From Candidatus Hadarchaeota archaeon (GTDB lineage Archaea > Hadarchaeota > Hadarchaeia > Hadarchaeales > Hadarchaeaceae): a stretch of DNA of 24,000 nucleotides. A program made the translations under genes and the position numbers. The notes beneath the pieces were generated by a model. It did no database searches, was not told where the DNA came from, and saw only the letters and a program-made list of their open reading frames with translations. This document shows positions 21,899 to 24,000 of this stretch, in pieces (positions within the stretch are counted from its first letter, which is position 1; each line of letters begins with the position of its first letter). Location of the stretch: NCBI GenBank assembly GCA_040755315.1, contig JBFMBF010000015.1:6819-30818 (forward strand). The letters are read 5' to 3'.

Positions 21899-22603
21899 GT
21901 GGAAGTAATGACTGTATCATTCGTAGGCGGCAAGGAGAAAAACGCAATAGAAATACTTCGGAAAAACGCCAAAGAGATTGTCAACGTTGTAAAGAAGTTC
22001 GAGGAGGTCGTCAACGCATACTTTTTGGACAAGGACCTCGAGAAGGCTGAAGCGTTGGGGAGAGAGTTATCCACAATCGAGACGAAGGCCGATCATGGGC
22101 GCAGGGATTTCATTAACGCGCTTTATGACGGGGCGTTCCTGCCTGCTTTCAGGGGCGACCTTGCCTGGCTGGCGGAGAGGCTGGACAGGGTGGCTGACAC
22201 TGCAGAAGGCGCCATGCGCGTGCTCATCCTGAGGGAGAGGCTGTTCAAGGCGCTGGCGGGTGTGGAGAAAAAGAGCAAGAGCGTCAAGGAATGGAGGAAG
22301 AAGTTCGTGGAGATGGCCAAGCTAACTGTTCAGACTGTCGAAACCCTGCGTGAATCTGTGGACGCAATCGGGACAAACATTGATGTGGCAATCAGGAAGG
22401 CCAAAGACGTGGACAACTTCGAGCACCAGGTGGACATACTAGAGGGTGGGTTGCTGCACGAGCTTTACGAGCTTGAGGACCTGTTCCCTCCGCTCAGCGT
22501 GATCCAGATGGCGGAGTTCATTAGAAGGTTTGGCAACATCAGCGACCGCGCCGAGGACATGAGCGACTCGATCCAGATTCTTGCCCTGACCCTTTTCACG
22601 TGA
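21899..22603 (+). CDS. DUF47 / PhoU-like phosphate-transport regulator
   Basis: Two-repeat helical protein with EADxxxR-like blocks (IETKADHGRRDFINAL; FEHQVDILEGGLLHEL). It lies directly upstream of a PiT transporter gene, the usual pairing. SD GGGAGGT precedes the GTG. Confidence 0.85.
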   Translation: MEVMTVSFVGGKEKNAIEILRKNAKEIVNVVKKFEEVVNAYFLDKDLEKAEALGRELSTIETKADHGRRDFINALYDGAFLPAFRGDLAWLAERLDRVADTAEGAMRVLILRERLFKALAGVEKKSKSVKEWRKKFVEMAKLTVQTVETLRESVDAIGTNIDVAIRKAKDVDNFEHQVDILEGGLLHELYELEDLFPPLSVIQMAEFIRRFGNISDRAEDMSDSIQILALTLFT

Positions 22604-22689
22604 TTTTAAGGCTGAACCTCAAACAATTTTGAATTTGCAATAACGGCTCCAGAAAAAAATACATTTTTAACTATACGTGGCAACGCTGT

Positions 22690-23718
22690 TTGGTGGTTGA
22701 GCTGATTGAGATAATCGTCCTGATCGTTGGATTTTTCGTGGCGTGGAACATAGGCGCAAACGATGCAGCGGACTCCGTCGGGGTATCGGTGGGCGCGCGC
22801 ATCATGAGATACCGCCGGGCGATAATATTCGTCGTGGCATTTGCGCTCATAGGCGCCATGCTCGAGGGAGGAAAGGTGGGGGGCACTGTGGGAACTGGAA
22901 TCATTAAACCAGCGCCTGGCGGTGTGAATCCCCTTATCACTGCCCCCCTCGCGACCATCGGAGCGCTCCTAGCTGCAGGGATCTGGATGCTCTTTGCTTC
23001 AACGCAAGGTTTGCCGATTTCAGTTACCCAGTCGATGGTAGGTTCCGTCATAGGCGCAGGGTTGGTAATAACAATGCTAGGACTCGCTGCTGGCGCAACC
23101 GTTGAATTTGGTAAGTTAGGAACAATCGGCATTTCCTGGGTGACAAATCCTGCGCTGGCGGCTCTCTTCGGATTTTTATTGTTCAAAGTTGTCAACTCCG
23201 CTTTAAAGAGGGTAAAAAACCTGATATTGCTCAACCGAATTTTTTCGGTTATTGTCCTATCCGCGGCGGCATATGGCGCTTACACGTTGGGTGCAAATGA
23301 CTTAAGCACTCTCACGGGGGTGCTCAATGGTTACGGGGCGTTTGGAGGTCAAACATACGCAGTTGCTGTGTTTGCCATGATAGCATTAACGCTCGGCGCG
23401 ATAATGTTCAGTAAAAACGTTGTGCAGACAGTGGGGTCCGGAATCACCGGCCTTGACCCTCGAAGCGCTTTTGCCTCTCAGTTCGGGGCCGCGCTCTCGG
23501 TTTGGTTTTTCGTTCAGTTGACTATCCCTGTTTCATCATCGCAGGCGCTGATTGGTTCGATAGCGGGAGTCGGCCTAGTGAAAGGCGCCAAAACCGTGAA
23601 CAAGAAAAACCTGCGCCGCATCTTTCTCATCTGGGTTTTGACACCATTTGTGACAATCGGCATTTCATTTTTGCTAGGCTGGCTGCTCGTCAGCGCTTTT
23701 CCAGGCGTGGCCGCCTAA
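22690..23718 (+). CDS. pit: Inorganic phosphate transporter, PiT (PHO4) family
   Basis: Signature WNIGANDAADSVG, repeated as YTLGANDLS in the second half. About 10 TM segments. The start is the TTG at 22690 or the GTG at 22693. Confidence 0.92.
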   Translation: MVVELIEIIVLIVGFFVAWNIGANDAADSVGVSVGARIMRYRRAIIFVVAFALIGAMLEGGKVGGTVGTGIIKPAPGGVNPLITAPLATIGALLAAGIWMLFASTQGLPISVTQSMVGSVIGAGLVITMLGLAAGATVEFGKLGTIGISWVTNPALAALFGFLLFKVVNSALKRVKNLILLNRIFSVIVLSAAAYGAYTLGANDLSTLTGVLNGYGAFGGQTYAVAVFAMIALTLGAIMFSKNVVQTVGSGITGLDPRSAFASQFGAALSVWFFVQLTIPVSSSQALIGSIAGVGLVKGAKTVNKKNLRRIFLIWVLTPFVTIGISFLLGWLLVSAFPGVAA

Positions 23719-23724
23719 TCTGGC

Positions 23725-24000
23725 CTAAACCCCGCGTTTTTTGCTAGCGATGTATTTGCCACCTTCTAATGAGGCGAAGGTTATCAGCATGAAAGCGATT
23801 CCAACCGCCCAATCTGAGAGCCGTGGGTAAGTCACCTCGAATATCCCTTGAAGTGGCGTTAGATAGAATACTAGAAACATTAATGCAAGCGATGAAGCAA
23901 TCGCAACCCACAAGAACTTGTTTTTGAAGACCCCAACCTTGAAGACGGTGTATTTTAAAGACCGCGCGGACACTGCGTTAGCCAATTCCAACAAGACAAT
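23725..24000 (-). CDS. C-terminal part of a cation-transporting P-type ATPase; the rest lies beyond the right edge
   Basis: The frame is open to the window edge. LANAVSARSLKYTVFKVGVFKNKFLWVAIASS...LTPLQGIF...LSDWAV matches the Cation_ATPase_C pattern (last TM helices). Confidence 0.75.
   Translation of the reverse strand: MVLLELANAVSARSLKYTVFKVGVFKNKFLWVAIASSLALMFLVFYLTPLQGIFEVTYPRLSDWAVGIAFMLITFASLEGGKYIASKKRGV

Noticed and set aside
22671-23234. 187-aa minus-strand ORF opposite the PiT transporter gene
   Set aside because: It is a shadow ORF of a confidently identified membrane transporter gene.
1-24000. CRISPR arrays, rRNA and tRNA genes
   Set aside because: I saw no regularly spaced repeats, no rRNA-like conserved blocks and no complete cloverleaf on either strand when reading the intergenic regions. 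This was not verified with tRNAscan or Infernal.

Overview
This is an archaeal chromosomal segment. Supporting markers are aIF5A with the hypusine-loop motif, an archaeal-type GluRS, a Nob1-like PIN/Zn-ribbon nuclease, e2b2-type ribose-1,5-bisphosphate isomerase, a PGF-pre-PGF surface-protein domain, and AT-rich TATA-like boxes about 25-30 nt upstream of several starts. By eye the core is GC-rich and densely packed, and it is interrupted by AT-richer accessory patches. The main theme is a dispersed but complete [NiFe]-hydrogenase maturation set: hypA, an Mrp/MinD ATPase-type hypB and a hycI-like endopeptidase (5318-6930, minus); hypF (7781-10108, minus); hypD plus a hypC fusion (15185-17195, minus); hypE (17561-18577, plus); and nikR (19646-20050). 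No structural hydrogenase gene lies in the window. Housekeeping genes flank these: idsA (partial), gltX, an Lrp/AsnC regulator, e2b2, aIF5A, nadK, nob1, a DUF47/PhoU-like gene with a PiT phosphate transporter, and a partial P-type ATPase. Accessory content: (1) a wHTH-MNT/HEPN toxin-antitoxin island bounded by a 12-nt direct repeat; (2) a roughly 5 kb patch between hypF and hypDC carrying a Trp-rich secreted surface protein, an HxlR regulator, an untracked 55-aa Cys-rich peptide, an MFS transporter and vapBC; (3) an IS200-type element whose tnpA is broken by a 16-nt tandem duplication. The most unusual observation is that hypC reads without a stop into a complete 4HBT/YbgC-type hotdog thioesterase domain, which also keeps its own internal SD and ATG. 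Second is a perfect 28-bp dyad over a TATA box next to nikR, which I propose as a NikR operator. All calls rest on reading the translations and sequence by eye. No database search was run.
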